In this document: positions 43,137 through 52,903 of the stretch, piece after piece
How the letters are laid out: every line of letters starts with the position of its first letter
Numbering within the stretch: the stretch's first letter is position 1
Origin: Candidatus Cloacimonadales bacterium
Lineage (GTDB): Bacteria > Cloacimonadota > Cloacimonadia > Cloacimonadales > JAIOQZ01
NCBI GenBank assembly: GCA_963662655.2
Contig: CAXXTU010000002.1
Location: 2,848,001 to 2,912,000 of the forward strand
Direction of reading: 5' to 3'
Length of the DNA stretch: 64,000 bases
The notes under the pieces: generated by a model
The model's database searches: none
What the model was told of the DNA's origin: nothing
What the model saw: the letters and a program-made list of their open reading frames with translations, nothing else
Made by a program: the position numbers and the translations under genes

Positions 43137-44630
43137 ATGATAAATATGATGATATTGGGAGATAAGAAGACCAAGTCGCTCAAGATACTGCGCAGGATTA
43201 TCGTTAAACCGCATCGTATCGAGCTGCGTATCGTCGATTATCGCGTCTCTTCGTATCTCATGTATCTGGATAACGATTCGATCATGATTTCCGAGTTCGA
43301 GCCCAAGATGTACAACAATCTTCTGGAGCACTTTTCGGAATTCACCATGTACCTTTCGGAACTCGACGGCTTCAAGCAGTACGACTACACATTCAAGACG
43401 GAGCTCCTGGAAGAAACCACCTACAAGGATACCAAAGCCTACCGCCTGACGGTTCCCGAACTGGTTCGAACGAAATCGTCGGATTATGTGATCAAGCCGC
43501 TGCTCGCGGACAATGTGGCCGTTCGTTTCAAGCTGAAGGACTTGCCGCAATTCAGAAGGGTCGAGGAGATCAACGAATCGCAGATGATCATCACGGGGAA
43601 CTACGACCTTTTCCGCACGGAGTACGGTAAAGAAATCCATGGCCTCGAGCTGAAGTTGCCTTTCGAGAGAATCACGTTTGCTGCGAAATTCAAGCACCTG
43701 AAGGGTGAAAAATACGCCTTCGAAGGCTATATGGAAGATAACGAAATGCGCAGCCTGATGTTCAAGTACGCGGATACGGATTTCTCGGAGAAGAACAACC
43801 TTTCGCATTACGATTTCCACAAGAAGGCCGAGGAAACTCAGATCGAGGAGATCGAAGGCCGTGAGAGAAAAGTGGTTCTCCTCGTGGACGACAAGCCCGT
43901 CGTGACGGACATCATGAAGGAAATGCTCGAGGCGAAAACGAATTACGATGTCGTTGTCACCAACGATAGTACGAAAACGATCGAGATGGTCATCGAGTAT
44001 GAGCCGGATGTGATCCTTCTCGACCAGATCATGCCCGGGATGAGTGGACTGGAAGTGGCCACATTGCTCAAAGAGAAGCGCATCACGTCCCGCATTCCCA
44101 TCCTGTTCATGACGGCATTCAACGATAGTAAGGTGGTCAAACAGGCTACGGATTTGGGGATCGTTGGCTATTTGCTCAAGCCGGTCGATTCGAAGAAGCT
44201 GATCGAGAAGCTCCAGGATGTGATGGGCAAGACGACGAAGAAGTCGATCAACCTTGTGAATAGCGTCGTCTATATCTGCTCGGACGACGAAAAATATAGC
44301 GCTGGTCTGCAAAGTGTATTCCGGAGCAGGAAAATAGAGTGCAGGCACTTCCGCTCGCTGGAGGACATGATCCGCTTCAAGGAAGAAAAAGAAGTGAGTG
44401 TGATTGTTATTCGCATGACGACTCACAGCGGTATGTCCCTCTCGATCGTGAATACCACGCGCAGGCGCAAGCAGCTTCACGACACCTATATCATCGTTTA
44501 TCCGCAAAAAGAATCAGAACTGAAATTGCTCAAGGCATTGAAGGACCCACGTCTTGTCACATTGAATACGGCCGTGGACGCCGAGATGCTGGGCGGCAAT
44601 CTCGAGAAATACTTAGGAGTGTTATCATGA
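43137..44630 (+). CDS. Response regulator with central receiver domain and uncharacterised N- and C-terminal domains
   Basis: VLLVDDK, PDVILLDQIMPGMSG, ILFMTAF, YLLKPVD. Confidence 0.85.
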   Translation: MINMMILGDKKTKSLKILRRIIVKPHRIELRIVDYRVSSYLMYLDNDSIMISEFEPKMYNNLLEHFSEFTMYLSELDGFKQYDYTFKTELLEETTYKDTKAYRLTVPELVRTKSSDYVIKPLLADNVAVRFKLKDLPQFRRVEEINESQMIITGNYDLFRTEYGKEIHGLELKLPFERITFAAKFKHLKGEKYAFEGYMEDNEMRSLMFKYADTDFSEKNNLSHYDFHKKAEETQIEEIEGRERKVVLLVDDKPVVTDIMKEMLEAKTNYDVVVTNDSTKTIEMVIEYEPDVILLDQIMPGMSGLEVATLLKEKRITSRIPILFMTAFNDSKVVKQATDLGIVGYLLKPVDSKKLIEKLQDVMGKTTKKSINLVNSVVYICSDDEKYSAGLQSVFRSRKIECRHFRSLEDMIRFKEEKEVSVIVIRMTTHSGMSLSIVNTTRRRKQLHDTYIIVYPQKESELKLLKALKDPRLVTLNTAVDAEMLGGNLEKYLGVLS

Positions 44631-45226
44631 GAGGGTATGTACTAATCGTTGCAATCGCGTTGATCCTGATGGGGTGTGAGAGTTCGGGGGATCTGCGCAT
44701 CAACAACAGAACCAGCCACAACGTATACTTCACCGTAAACGGGTCCGATTACACCGTTGAGGGCGGTCAATCCAAGAGTGTGGAGCTCGATGTTGATCGG
44801 GACTGGCAAATTTTCGAGACCAATTCCAAGCAATATTCGCTCGATCTTGAAGGCGAGACGTACAAGATTTGGGACAGCTACAACGGCATGTATATAAACC
44901 ATACCGATGTGGATATCGAGAACGGCAAGACCCTAGATGTCTATGCGATCCCCAATCTGGCCTGCATCAAAATCGTGAACAACGGTGACCTCGATATCGC
45001 TCGTGTTGCCTGCGATAAATACATCAACGGCAACATGGACCATCCCAATCTGGTTCTCACCAATACCGCGATCGAGCCCGGCTCGACTTGGTATCTTCAG
45101 ATCGAAGGAGCTTATACGGGGCGTGAGATTGCTTATGTGTTCTATGTGACTTTCGCCGATGGCGCAAGGATGGAATACCCGCTCATGATTCTCGACGTGG
45201 ATGAAATGTTTCTTCTGGAGCTGTAG
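44627..45226 (+). CDS. Hypothetical lipoprotein
   Basis: RBS AGGAG, ATGA overlap, lipobox LMGC, beta-rich. Confidence 0.75.
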   Translation: MRGYVLIVAIALILMGCESSGDLRINNRTSHNVYFTVNGSDYTVEGGQSKSVELDVDRDWQIFETNSKQYSLDLEGETYKIWDSYNGMYINHTDVDIENGKTLDVYAIPNLACIKIVNNGDLDIARVACDKYINGNMDHPNLVLTNTAIEPGSTWYLQIEGAYTGREIAYVFYVTFADGARMEYPLMILDVDEMFLLEL

Positions 45227-45230
45227 AGAA

Positions 45231-45572
45231 TCAGGAGAGCTTCTTCAATAGCTGCTTGAGATCCTTGAGTTCCCGGATGACGTTTTGCTTGACGGCGCTA
45301 CGATCGTCGGCGAAGAAAATCTCCTTCTGAACGGGTTCGCTGGCCTCTTTTGCAAGCCTTTTCTTCGCGCCTTCAATGGTATACTTCTGATTGTGAAGCA
45401 TGTCCTTGATGCGCGTGATGAGATCGATATCGGAGCGTGTGTATTTGCGGTTGCCGCCACGGGTCTTGTTGGGGCGCAGTTGCCGGAACTCGGTCTCCCA
45501 GTAACGGATCACGTGGGGTTTGAGATCAAGGAGATTGCTGACCTCGCCAATCGTGTAGTAGTACTTTTTCAT
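45231..45572 (-). CDS. MerR family transcriptional regulator
   Basis: YYTIGEVS..LKPHVIRYWETEF..GNRKY..YTIEGAK. Confidence 0.92.
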   Translation of the reverse strand: MKKYYYTIGEVSNLLDLKPHVIRYWETEFRQLRPNKTRGGNRKYTRSDIDLITRIKDMLHNQKYTIEGAKKRLAKEASEPVQKEIFFADDRSAVKQNVIRELKDLKQLLKKLS

Positions 45573-45573
45573 A

Positions 45574-47148
45574 TCACAAATCTTTATGTAATGCCTTGTA
45601 ATCGGACAGTGTTAGGTTCCTTGTAAGTGCGACGAGCCCCAAAAACAGTCCCAGCGCGCCCAAAATCGGTGGAAGGAGATACATCCACCGGCAGTAGGGA
45701 GAACGTCCCTCATACAGCGATACCGGAGCTTCGAGCATTCCCTTCTTGTATAAACCCAGCCTGCTGGAGATTCTTCCTGTGGGCTGCACGATCATGGATA
45801 TCCCCGAGTTGGCGGCGCGGAATATCTGCCTGCGGGTTTCGATGGCGCGGAATTTCGCCATCATCGCGTGCTGATAGGTTCCCACCGTGTGCCCGAACCA
45901 TCCGTCGTTTGTCAGATTCACGATGAATTGCCCACCCCCTTGCGAGATATCGCACGTGAGATGGGGCAGGGCGATCTCAAAACAAATCAGCGGCGAATAA
46001 TCGATCCCGTCAACAGAATAATGACCGGTGCTGTCCCCAGGCTGGAAATTCGCCTGGCCCAACTGTATCGACCACAGAAAGGGGAAGGTCTTCAGCCAGG
46101 GAGTTCGTTCGCCGAACGGAACCAGCGCTCGTTTATGATAGGGCGGATCATGCATGCCGTTCGGTTTGAACTGCGTGCAGGAATTGAAGTAGTTGTATTC
46201 CTCGTGCGAGCCTTGCGGGGCTTTTTCCAGATAAGGAAATCCCGTGAAGATCGACGCATCCAGTTCGTTACACAGGTTTTGAACCGGGTTGAACCTCCGG
46301 GGCGAGGAGAGAAGATAGAGTGGAATTCCCGATTCGGGGTAAAGGATCAAATCGGCGCTGTCCTGATGCGCTTCCCGGGTCATGTCCTCGTAAATGGAGA
46401 GCGTGCTGTCCAGGTAAGCGCGATTCCACTTGAGCTCCTGGGGAATGTTCGGCTGAAGCACGGCCACCCTGGTGTCGGTTTCTCGGGTGGGAAGCCCGTA
46501 CAGTCTGATTCCGCCGTACACAAGCCAGATCAGCATCAGAATCGAGAGTAGCGTCATATATTTTTCCGGACGCCGGTAGCTTTTGAACAGCATCCAGTTG
46601 ACTGCGATAATCAGGATCGATACGAGATAAACGCCGCCGAGTTCCGCAACTTGCAGCAGGATGGTGTATTCCGATAGGGCGTAACCGAGGTTGTGCCACG
46701 GGAAATGGAAATCGCCATAATTCTGGATCCACTCGAAGCCGACCCACAGTCCCATGACTGCAAGCAGACGAAAACCGCGTGCGCCTTTCCACGCTGCATC
46801 AATCAGGCCGAAAAGAATGTAGAAGTAGAGCGAGAAAAGGAAGGCGATTCCAACAAACATCCCGATGCCCACGGGAATTTCCGACCACTTGGGGACGGAG
46901 GCGTGCTGCGCGGTAAAAGCCACCCAGTGCAGGGCGATAAAGGTATAGATCAGCGAGAACCAGATGCTCGCCGGAAGAATTTTCGCATGGCTCCGGGAGC
47001 GATTCTCGAAGAATGTGAACAGAGGGATGAGCGCAAAGAAGGCAAGAAATCCGAGGTGCCAGTTCAGGCGCGAAACGCCCAGCAGAAGCGCTGAGAGGAG
47101 CGGTTCCTGATACCTTTGCAGGAGATCACGGGTTCGGCTGCCTGTCAT
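45574..47148 (-). CDS. lnt: Apolipoprotein N-acyltransferase
   Basis: FPWHNLGY, QPNIPQELKW, YPES, KRALVPFGE, LICFE, TNDGWFG, RAANSGIS. Confidence 0.93.
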   Translation of the reverse strand: MTGSRTRDLLQRYQEPLLSALLLGVSRLNWHLGFLAFFALIPLFTFFENRSRSHAKILPASIWFSLIYTFIALHWVAFTAQHASVPKWSEIPVGIGMFVGIAFLFSLYFYILFGLIDAAWKGARGFRLLAVMGLWVGFEWIQNYGDFHFPWHNLGYALSEYTILLQVAELGGVYLVSILIIAVNWMLFKSYRRPEKYMTLLSILMLIWLVYGGIRLYGLPTRETDTRVAVLQPNIPQELKWNRAYLDSTLSIYEDMTREAHQDSADLILYPESGIPLYLLSSPRRFNPVQNLCNELDASIFTGFPYLEKAPQGSHEEYNYFNSCTQFKPNGMHDPPYHKRALVPFGERTPWLKTFPFLWSIQLGQANFQPGDSTGHYSVDGIDYSPLICFEIALPHLTCDISQGGGQFIVNLTNDGWFGHTVGTYQHAMMAKFRAIETRRQIFRAANSGISMIVQPTGRISSRLGLYKKGMLEAPVSLYEGRSPYCRWMYLLPPILGALGLFLGLVALTRNLTLSDYKALHKDL

Positions 47149-47956
47149 ACCTGGACTCGTATAAAATGATTTGGCGGTTGCTCACCACGATGAAATAACC
47201 GGATTCAATGAAGAATCGTTTGATGCCCGTCAGGCCGATAGCCAGCTTCTGGCCGGTGGACGTTTGCTCGATGGCGTAGGCGTCTTTGCGGAATTGCTGA
47301 TTGAAGCGGTCGAGCTGGATAAACCCCGGCGCGTCCTCGATGTGCTGCCCCATCGCGTTGTAAATCACGGTAGCGTCTTCCGCTTCGTCGTACACCCAAA
47401 CGTAATCGCGGTTGCAGGTGACACGCTGGGGTTTGGTAAGCTGGAACTTACCGAAGGCGAAGTGCTCCTCCTCCTGCGAATTGCGGATGATGGTGACGTC
47501 CTTGCTGAAGTTGTCGTAGATATAGAATTCCTCGTTGTCGTTGACGTCGAACCGTGTGGGTTCCTTGAGGAAGTTCAGATCGTAATTCGCGATCCAGCCG
47601 CCGTCTTTGTCGAACTTCTTGATCTTCCTGCTGAAGCTGTCCAGCGCGAGAAGCTTCCCGTCGGGCGCGAGGGTGATATCTTCCAGCCGGTTGAAATTGG
47701 ATTTATCGAATCCGAGTCGGCCAATGATATTGATCTCCTTGCCATCCCGGTAGATGTGGATCGTATTGTCGTTCTCGGGCATGATGTAAAGGGTTTTGGA
47801 TATCGTATCGAAGCAGCATTTCCGGATATCGTTCGGGAAATCGATTTTCTGCGATTCCTCGAGCGTCACGGGGATGACAACCGTTCGATCCTGCAGCCAG
47901 GAGCAGCCGGAGATCAGCGCCGCGATCAAGATGATCCAGTTAATGCTTCTGAACAA
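47126..47956 (-). CDS. Lipoprotein with NHL/beta-propeller-like repeats
   Basis: Lipobox ISGC; GRLGFDKSNFNRLEDITL..IKKFDKDG. Confidence 0.7.
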   Translation of the reverse strand: MFRSINWIILIAALISGCSWLQDRTVVIPVTLEESQKIDFPNDIRKCCFDTISKTLYIMPENDNTIHIYRDGKEINIIGRLGFDKSNFNRLEDITLAPDGKLLALDSFSRKIKKFDKDGGWIANYDLNFLKEPTRFDVNDNEEFYIYDNFSKDVTIIRNSQEEEHFAFGKFQLTKPQRVTCNRDYVWVYDEAEDATVIYNAMGQHIEDAPGFIQLDRFNQQFRKDAYAIEQTSTGQKLAIGLTGIKRFFIESGYFIVVSNRQIILYESRYDRQPNP

Positions 47957-49664
47957 AGTGGATATCCTTCAATTTACCCTGAATTGTGGTCTTATCCTGC
48001 CAGGTGTTCCACTCCAGCGAGTACGCGATATCGATGTTGATATTCTTGCGCAGGAACGGAAGCAGATTTCCCATGTTGAAGCCGATCAGATCCAGGACGC
48101 ATCCGTCCTTCTTTACCTTCATCTTCAGGTGATTTCGTCCCACCAGATATGGATAGCCAACAACCATCACGTTGCGTGTAAAGAAGATGGGGCGCATGTT
48201 GCCCGGACCGAACGGAGCGAATTTCTCCAGCCATTCGATCAGGTTGTCGTTGATTTCATACAGCTCGAGCTTGTATTCGACCTTAAGCGGTGGAATCAAC
48301 TGCTCGGGGGTGGTGTTCTCCTTCACGTAAGCGTCCAGTCTTTGCTCGAACTGCTCGAGGTATTCGGGCAGGATCGAGAGTCCGGCAGCGTACTTGTGGC
48401 CGCCGAAGCTTTCGAGAACGTCCTCCACGTTGGAGAGGGCCTCGAAGAGGTCGAATTCGGAGATGCTACGTCCCGACCCGCTTCCGACGCCGTCGGTCAG
48501 GGCGATCATGATCGTGGGACGATAATATTTTTCCACCAGCTTGGAGGCGACGATTCCGATAACGCCCGGATGCCAGTTTTCCGATGATATCACGATGCAG
48601 TGCACGTTGTTCATATTGGCGTACTTGCGCTCGATGATTTCGCAGGCTTCGTGAAATGTTTGCTGATCGACTTCCTGCCGGAGGGAGTTCTCCTTCTCGA
48701 TGGTTCGCGCCAGTTCTTCGCTCTGCTCGCGACGCTCGGAAATGAGCAGCTCCACCGCTCGCATCGCGCTTCCCATTCTTCCGGCTGCGTTGATGCGCGG
48801 GGCGAGGCCGAACACGATATCGGTGGTGTTGAGCTCCTTGTTGATGAGCCCGGAGATATTGATCAAGGCGGTAAGCCCGAGGTTTCTTTTACGGATGAGA
48901 TGCTTGAGTCCGACGCTGGCGAAGATACGGTTTTCTCCCGTAAGCGGCACGATATCGGCGATGGTTCCCACGGCCACCAGGTCCAGGAATCGCATGACAT
49001 TGTCTTCCGTGGCGACGTCCATCACCTGATAGACGGCCATCATCAGCTTGTACGCCGCGCCCACCCCAGCCAGATCGTGGTAGGGGTACCCGCAGTTTTC
49101 CATCTTCGCGTTGATTACTGCCAGGGCTTCGGGCAGGATGTCCTTGGGGTTATGGTGGTCGGTGACGATCAGCTCCATGCCCAGACGGGTGATTTCATCC
49201 ACTTCCTCCACGGCGTTGATACCGCAGTCGACCGTAACGATGAGGGAGGTTCCTTCGTCGCGAAGTTGCTGGACGCCGTTGAGGGACAGGCCGTAGCCGT
49301 CGATCATCCGGTGGGGGATATAGTAGTTGACGATCGCGCCGACACGTTTGAGCCCAAGGTACAGCAGGGCTGTTGCCGTGGTACCGTCGACATCGTAATC
49401 GCCGTAGATGGTGATTTTTTCCTGGTTTTCAACCGCCAGCTTGATTCGCTCCGCAGCCTTTCGCATGTCGTTGAACATGAACGGGTCGTGCGTGAAATCC
49501 ATGACTGGGTTGAAGAATTTGTTGATTTCGTCGATATCGGTAATCCCCTTTCGGATGAGGATCTCTGCAATGATATCGGGAGCGTGAATCGCGTCAGCGA
49601 TCTCTTTTTTCAATTCAAGCTGTTCACTTGTTAAATCTTGAGCATGATGCCATCTCTTTTCCAT
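47940..49664 (-). CDS. recJ: Single-stranded-DNA exonuclease RecJ
   Basis: GDYDVDG, TVDCGI, TDHH, GTIADIVPL, PRINAAGR, FGGHKYAAG. Confidence 0.96.
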   Translation of the reverse strand: MEKRWHHAQDLTSEQLELKKEIADAIHAPDIIAEILIRKGITDIDEINKFFNPVMDFTHDPFMFNDMRKAAERIKLAVENQEKITIYGDYDVDGTTATALLYLGLKRVGAIVNYYIPHRMIDGYGLSLNGVQQLRDEGTSLIVTVDCGINAVEEVDEITRLGMELIVTDHHNPKDILPEALAVINAKMENCGYPYHDLAGVGAAYKLMMAVYQVMDVATEDNVMRFLDLVAVGTIADIVPLTGENRIFASVGLKHLIRKRNLGLTALINISGLINKELNTTDIVFGLAPRINAAGRMGSAMRAVELLISERREQSEELARTIEKENSLRQEVDQQTFHEACEIIERKYANMNNVHCIVISSENWHPGVIGIVASKLVEKYYRPTIMIALTDGVGSGSGRSISEFDLFEALSNVEDVLESFGGHKYAAGLSILPEYLEQFEQRLDAYVKENTTPEQLIPPLKVEYKLELYEINDNLIEWLEKFAPFGPGNMRPIFFTRNVMVVGYPYLVGRNHLKMKVKKDGCVLDLIGFNMGNLLPFLRKNINIDIAYSLEWNTWQDKTTIQGKLKDIHFVQKH

Positions 49665-49737
49665 AATAACCTATTTTTATTTTTTTATATTTTCTAATAA
49701 TAAAAGGGAGACCCCGGCACTGCCATAAATAATATTC

Positions 49738-50180
49738 GTCGGAGAAGATGATAAGCCGAATTCTGTCCACCGCCTAACAAGCCGTGTAATGTCTATTTAT
49801 CTTGACCGGGTATTGCTACTCCCAAAGGGGATCGCCAAGCGACCGGTTCATGCTGCCTACCCGGGAATCAGGCGGATCGGGCAAATCCGCGTACCGCAAG
49901 CGGCACTCTTCCCCTATTCGGCATTGCACCGGATAAGGCATTCCTGGCATTCCAACTCACGCCGGAATCCGGTAGTCTCTTACACTACCATTTCACCCTT
50001 ACCCGGCACAAAGAAGCGCCCCGATCAAAGTGAAGTCGATTGGACGCTTGTTCGTGCCGGGCGGTTTATTTTCTGTGGAGCTGCTCTTCGTCACCGAAGC
50101 TTCCCGTTAGGAAGTATCCTGCCCTGTGGTGTTCGGACTTTCCTCTCCTTTGCAGGAGCAGACATTTTTTCTTCTCCGAC
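49738..50180 (-). ncRNA. rnpB: RNase P RNA (type A-like)
   Basis: Minus strand has GAGGAAAGTCCG, CCACAGAAA, AGGGTGAAA and ACAGAATTCGGCTTA; P1 GTCGGAGAAGA pairs with TCTTCTCCGAC. Confidence 0.95.
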
Positions 50181-50377
50181 ACAATTAGGTAAAACACAAA
50201 TTTTCCGCTGGAAACTGTAAATAATATAATGCGCAGCGGAAATCAATCATGGATGTTCACGTCCGACGAGAGCTGAGCATCCACGGTTTCAATATATGGA
50301 TATCAAGTATCTTCTCTGAAAACAACTTCCGCCTCTTCAGATATTCCAGTTCATGGGCTATCAAAGCGGAAATTGTA

Positions 50378-51094
50378 TTACTGGAAATTTTCCGGTTTAC
50401 GAACGACGAGCCGGCCACAGCTTTCGCAGCTCACGACCTTGTCTCCCCGCTCGATTTCAATGACAAGCTGAGGTCTGATTTTAAAACCACAACCACCGCA
50501 GGCATTTTTTTCGAGAAACACAACAGCTTTGCGATCCTTGGCCTTGATCAGATTCACATAGCGCTTAACGAGAGTCCGCGGTAATTGCTTGGCAAGTTCA
50601 CTTCTCTCATTCTTGCGCTCCTCGATTTCAGCGTCAAGCTCATTAATTCTTTTTTTCAGGCGATCTTCATTTTTACCGAGTTCGCCCTTCGCTTTTTTAA
50701 CGTCTTCCTCGGCTTCGACAACCTCTTCTTTGAGCTTGTTCTCGATTTCCATCAGTTCCAGAATCTGATCGTCGATTTCGCTGTTTTTCTCTTTGAGGTG
50801 GTTGATTTCACTGTTGAGAGCCTTGTATTCTTTATTGTTCTTGATGGCGAGTAGCTGATTGGCATACTTGTCCATCGTTTTCTTGTTGGTCTGGATATCC
50901 ACGTCTTTCAGCTTTTGCGTTTTCTTGTTCTCGTTGAGGCGGTCTTTGGCTGCCGTCAAGTCGTCTTCTGCATTCTGGACGCTTTCAATAAGGTTCTTCA
51001 GTTCTGCAGGCAAATCTTCTTTTAATACTTCTCTCGTACCGATTTCGGCATCCAATTCCTGCATGGCTAATAATACTTTCAATTGATCTATCAT
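50378..51094 (-). CDS. Coiled-coil C4-type zinc ribbon protein (DUF164-like)
   Basis: LQELD-like start, KNNKEYKAL, CGGC...CESCGRL. Confidence 0.88.
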   Translation of the reverse strand: MIDQLKVLLAMQELDAEIGTREVLKEDLPAELKNLIESVQNAEDDLTAAKDRLNENKKTQKLKDVDIQTNKKTMDKYANQLLAIKNNKEYKALNSEINHLKEKNSEIDDQILELMEIENKLKEEVVEAEEDVKKAKGELGKNEDRLKKRINELDAEIEERKNERSELAKQLPRTLVKRYVNLIKAKDRKAVVFLEKNACGGCGFKIRPQLVIEIERGDKVVSCESCGRLVVRKPENFQ

Positions 51095-51097
51095 TGC

Positions 51098-51919
51098 TCA
51101 CTCCTTAAATAACATGCTAATGTCCAACGACGAATACGAATGGGTCATTTTACCCGCCGAAATGAAATCGACGCCGGTGGCGGCGATTTTCTGCACGGTA
51201 TCGAGGCTGACGTTCCCGGAGGCTTCGAGCTCGATTTTTCCGCCGTATTTCTTCACCGCTTTTTTCATGTTCGGGATGCTCATGTTATCCAGCATAACAC
51301 GATCGACGCCGCACTCGAAGGCTTCGTCGAGTTCTTTCAGGTTGGTAACCTCTACTTCGATTTTGTAGGAAACTACCCGTGTTCGTATTTGATTGACCGC
51401 TTTGGTGATCGATCCTGCCGCCCGAATGTGATTCTCTTTCAGCATCACCATGTCGTATAGGCCGAAGCGGTGGTTGAAGCCTCCGCCGACCCGGACAGCG
51501 TACTTCTCGAGTTCTCGCAGGAGCGGTGTGGTTTTTCTGGTGTCGAGCAAACGGGCTTCGTGGGGTTTGATCGCTTCGACGAACAGGTGCGTGAGGCTCG
51601 CGATTCCACTCATCCTTTGCAGGAGGTTCAAGGCGAGGCGCTCGGCTTGCAAGAGCTTTGCAGCGTTTCCGGATATCCTGGCGATCTCGTCGTTCTTCTT
51701 CAGGCAGTCGCCGTCGCGGTAGTAGGCGATGCAGTTGCACTCGGGATCGAGTCGTTTGAAGACGGAGAAAGCGATATCGAGTCCGGCAAGGACGCCCTCT
51801 TCCTTTGCGATCAGGGACGCCTCAGCGCTTTTATGCCCGAAATCCAGCCCTTCCGTCGTGATATCGCCGTGTCCGATATCTTCTTCCAGCGCCAGTTTGA
51901 TTATCTCATCGACGTTCAA
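51098..51919 (-). CDS. nadC: Nicotinate-nucleotide diphosphorylase (carboxylating); probable TTG start
   Basis: ALEEDIGHGDITT, DTRKTTP, NHRFGL, KENH, MLDN, EASGN. Confidence 0.95.
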   Translation of the reverse strand: MNVDEIIKLALEEDIGHGDITTEGLDFGHKSAEASLIAKEEGVLAGLDIAFSVFKRLDPECNCIAYYRDGDCLKKNDEIARISGNAAKLLQAERLALNLLQRMSGIASLTHLFVEAIKPHEARLLDTRKTTPLLRELEKYAVRVGGGFNHRFGLYDMVMLKENHIRAAGSITKAVNQIRTRVVSYKIEVEVTNLKELDEAFECGVDRVMLDNMSIPNMKKAVKKYGGKIELEASGNVSLDTVQKIAATGVDFISAGKMTHSYSSLDISMLFKE

Positions 51920-52139
51920 AATACCCCCAAAAAACAAAAAAAGCATTTGTCAGCTAAAAGACAAATGCTTGCTTTATATAAATCATTCTGTTGACTATTC
52001 TTCAAATATCGCATGGGTTTCCATCTCCCTGTTTATCAGGAAAATTATTGCCAGCATATTTGTCAAATAGAATCTTCATCGTTTCCATACATTATCGATT
52101 CTTACGAAATGCTGCTGAGTATAGAGATTTCCCCACCGT

Positions 52140-52433
52140 CTAGCCGATGTCCATCATATTGTCGAAACCCGCGACTTCGAACACCTTTTTGACGTTGTCC
52201 GTCGTGTTGATGATGCGGAACGATTTCGTGTTCAGGTTCTTCGCGGTTTCCAGGCAAATTCGCAGAAACAGCGAGCAGATGTAATCGACTTCCGTCATAT
52301 CGAAAATGATGTTGCCTTCGAATGTGTCGAGGATGTTTTTGAAGTCGGGTTGCCACCTGGTGCAGGTAAGTGTGTCCTGGCGGCCGGTGAACGCGCAGGT
52401 GAGGATACCGTTTTCTATGGTGTGGTTGAACAT
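52140..52433 (-). CDS. STAS domain protein / anti-sigma factor antagonist
   Basis: RBS AAGGAG; GRQDT, FDMTEVDYICS, VKKVFEVAGF. Confidence 0.85.
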   Translation of the reverse strand: MFNHTIENGILTCAFTGRQDTLTCTRWQPDFKNILDTFEGNIIFDMTEVDYICSLFLRICLETAKNLNTKSFRIINTTDNVKKVFEVAGFDNMMDIG

Positions 52434-52539
52434 GTTGGTCTCCTTGTGTATTCGATGGTCAGATTGTAGTTCACGTGTCTGTGCAGTCAAGATGAAAGGG
52501 GAGCGGGGGACGTTGCTCGAAGTTTGCTCATCCGACTCA

Positions 52540-52652
52540 GCGGCGGGGCGGCTTGTGTGCTCCGCACACAGAGCGCTACAAAAGTTGTTGTCGGTAAAGA
52601 ACAACTTTTGTAGCGTTCCGGGAAGCGAAAGCTTCCCAAGCCGCCCCGCCGC
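52540..52652. repeat. GTAG-type REP doublet forming a four-way junction
   Basis: 16-bp perfect terminal IR GCGGCGGGGCGGCTTG, central 19-bp stem and two side hairpins; each half reads GTAGCGYTC-hairpin-CAAGCCGCCCCGCCGC. Confidence 0.75.
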
Positions 52653-52696
52653 GGGAATGGCACTGGCAAAGGAGTGCTAAGCGGGATTCTGGAAAT

Positions 52697-52725
52697 AAAA
52701 AAAGGGCGGTTTGTCGCCGCCCTTT
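52697..52725 (-). terminator. Intrinsic terminator
   Basis: Minus strand AAAGGGCGG-N7-CCGCCC-T7. Confidence 0.75.
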
Positions 52726-52903
52726 GGGGGGAATTGCCTGCAGTCCAGTGCGTTTGAACCGGGCAATCATATGAACCCTCCACGCGTCTACCCTATCCTC
52801 CCCGACTGTCACGTCGGACATCTTTTGCGCGTTTCTTCTTATGTACCCCACATAATTCACTACTATTGCATCACCATTTCAGATGATCTTGTGACTCGCG
52901 TCA

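Noticed and set aside
42900..44507. Long antisense ORFs (535 aa here; also 27378-29036, 8608-9825 and others)
   Set aside because: They are shadows of well-supported genes on the opposite strand and carry no motifs.
49789..50220. 143-aa ORF on the plus strand
   Set aside because: It is antisense to the RNase P RNA.
50200..50370. Separate ncRNA in the short hairpins upstream of rnpB
   Set aside because: The stems are short and match no recognised motif; they are more simply terminator or promoter context for rnpB.
52657..52680. CIRCE/HrcA operator
   Set aside because: One perfect half-site (GAGTGCTAA), but the spacer is 6 rather than 9 nt, the other half is degenerate, and no chaperone gene is adjacent.
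52790..52825. FMN riboswitch 3' half (CCGAC..AGTC.GG)
   Set aside because: The conserved 5' half is absent and no flavin gene lies downstream.
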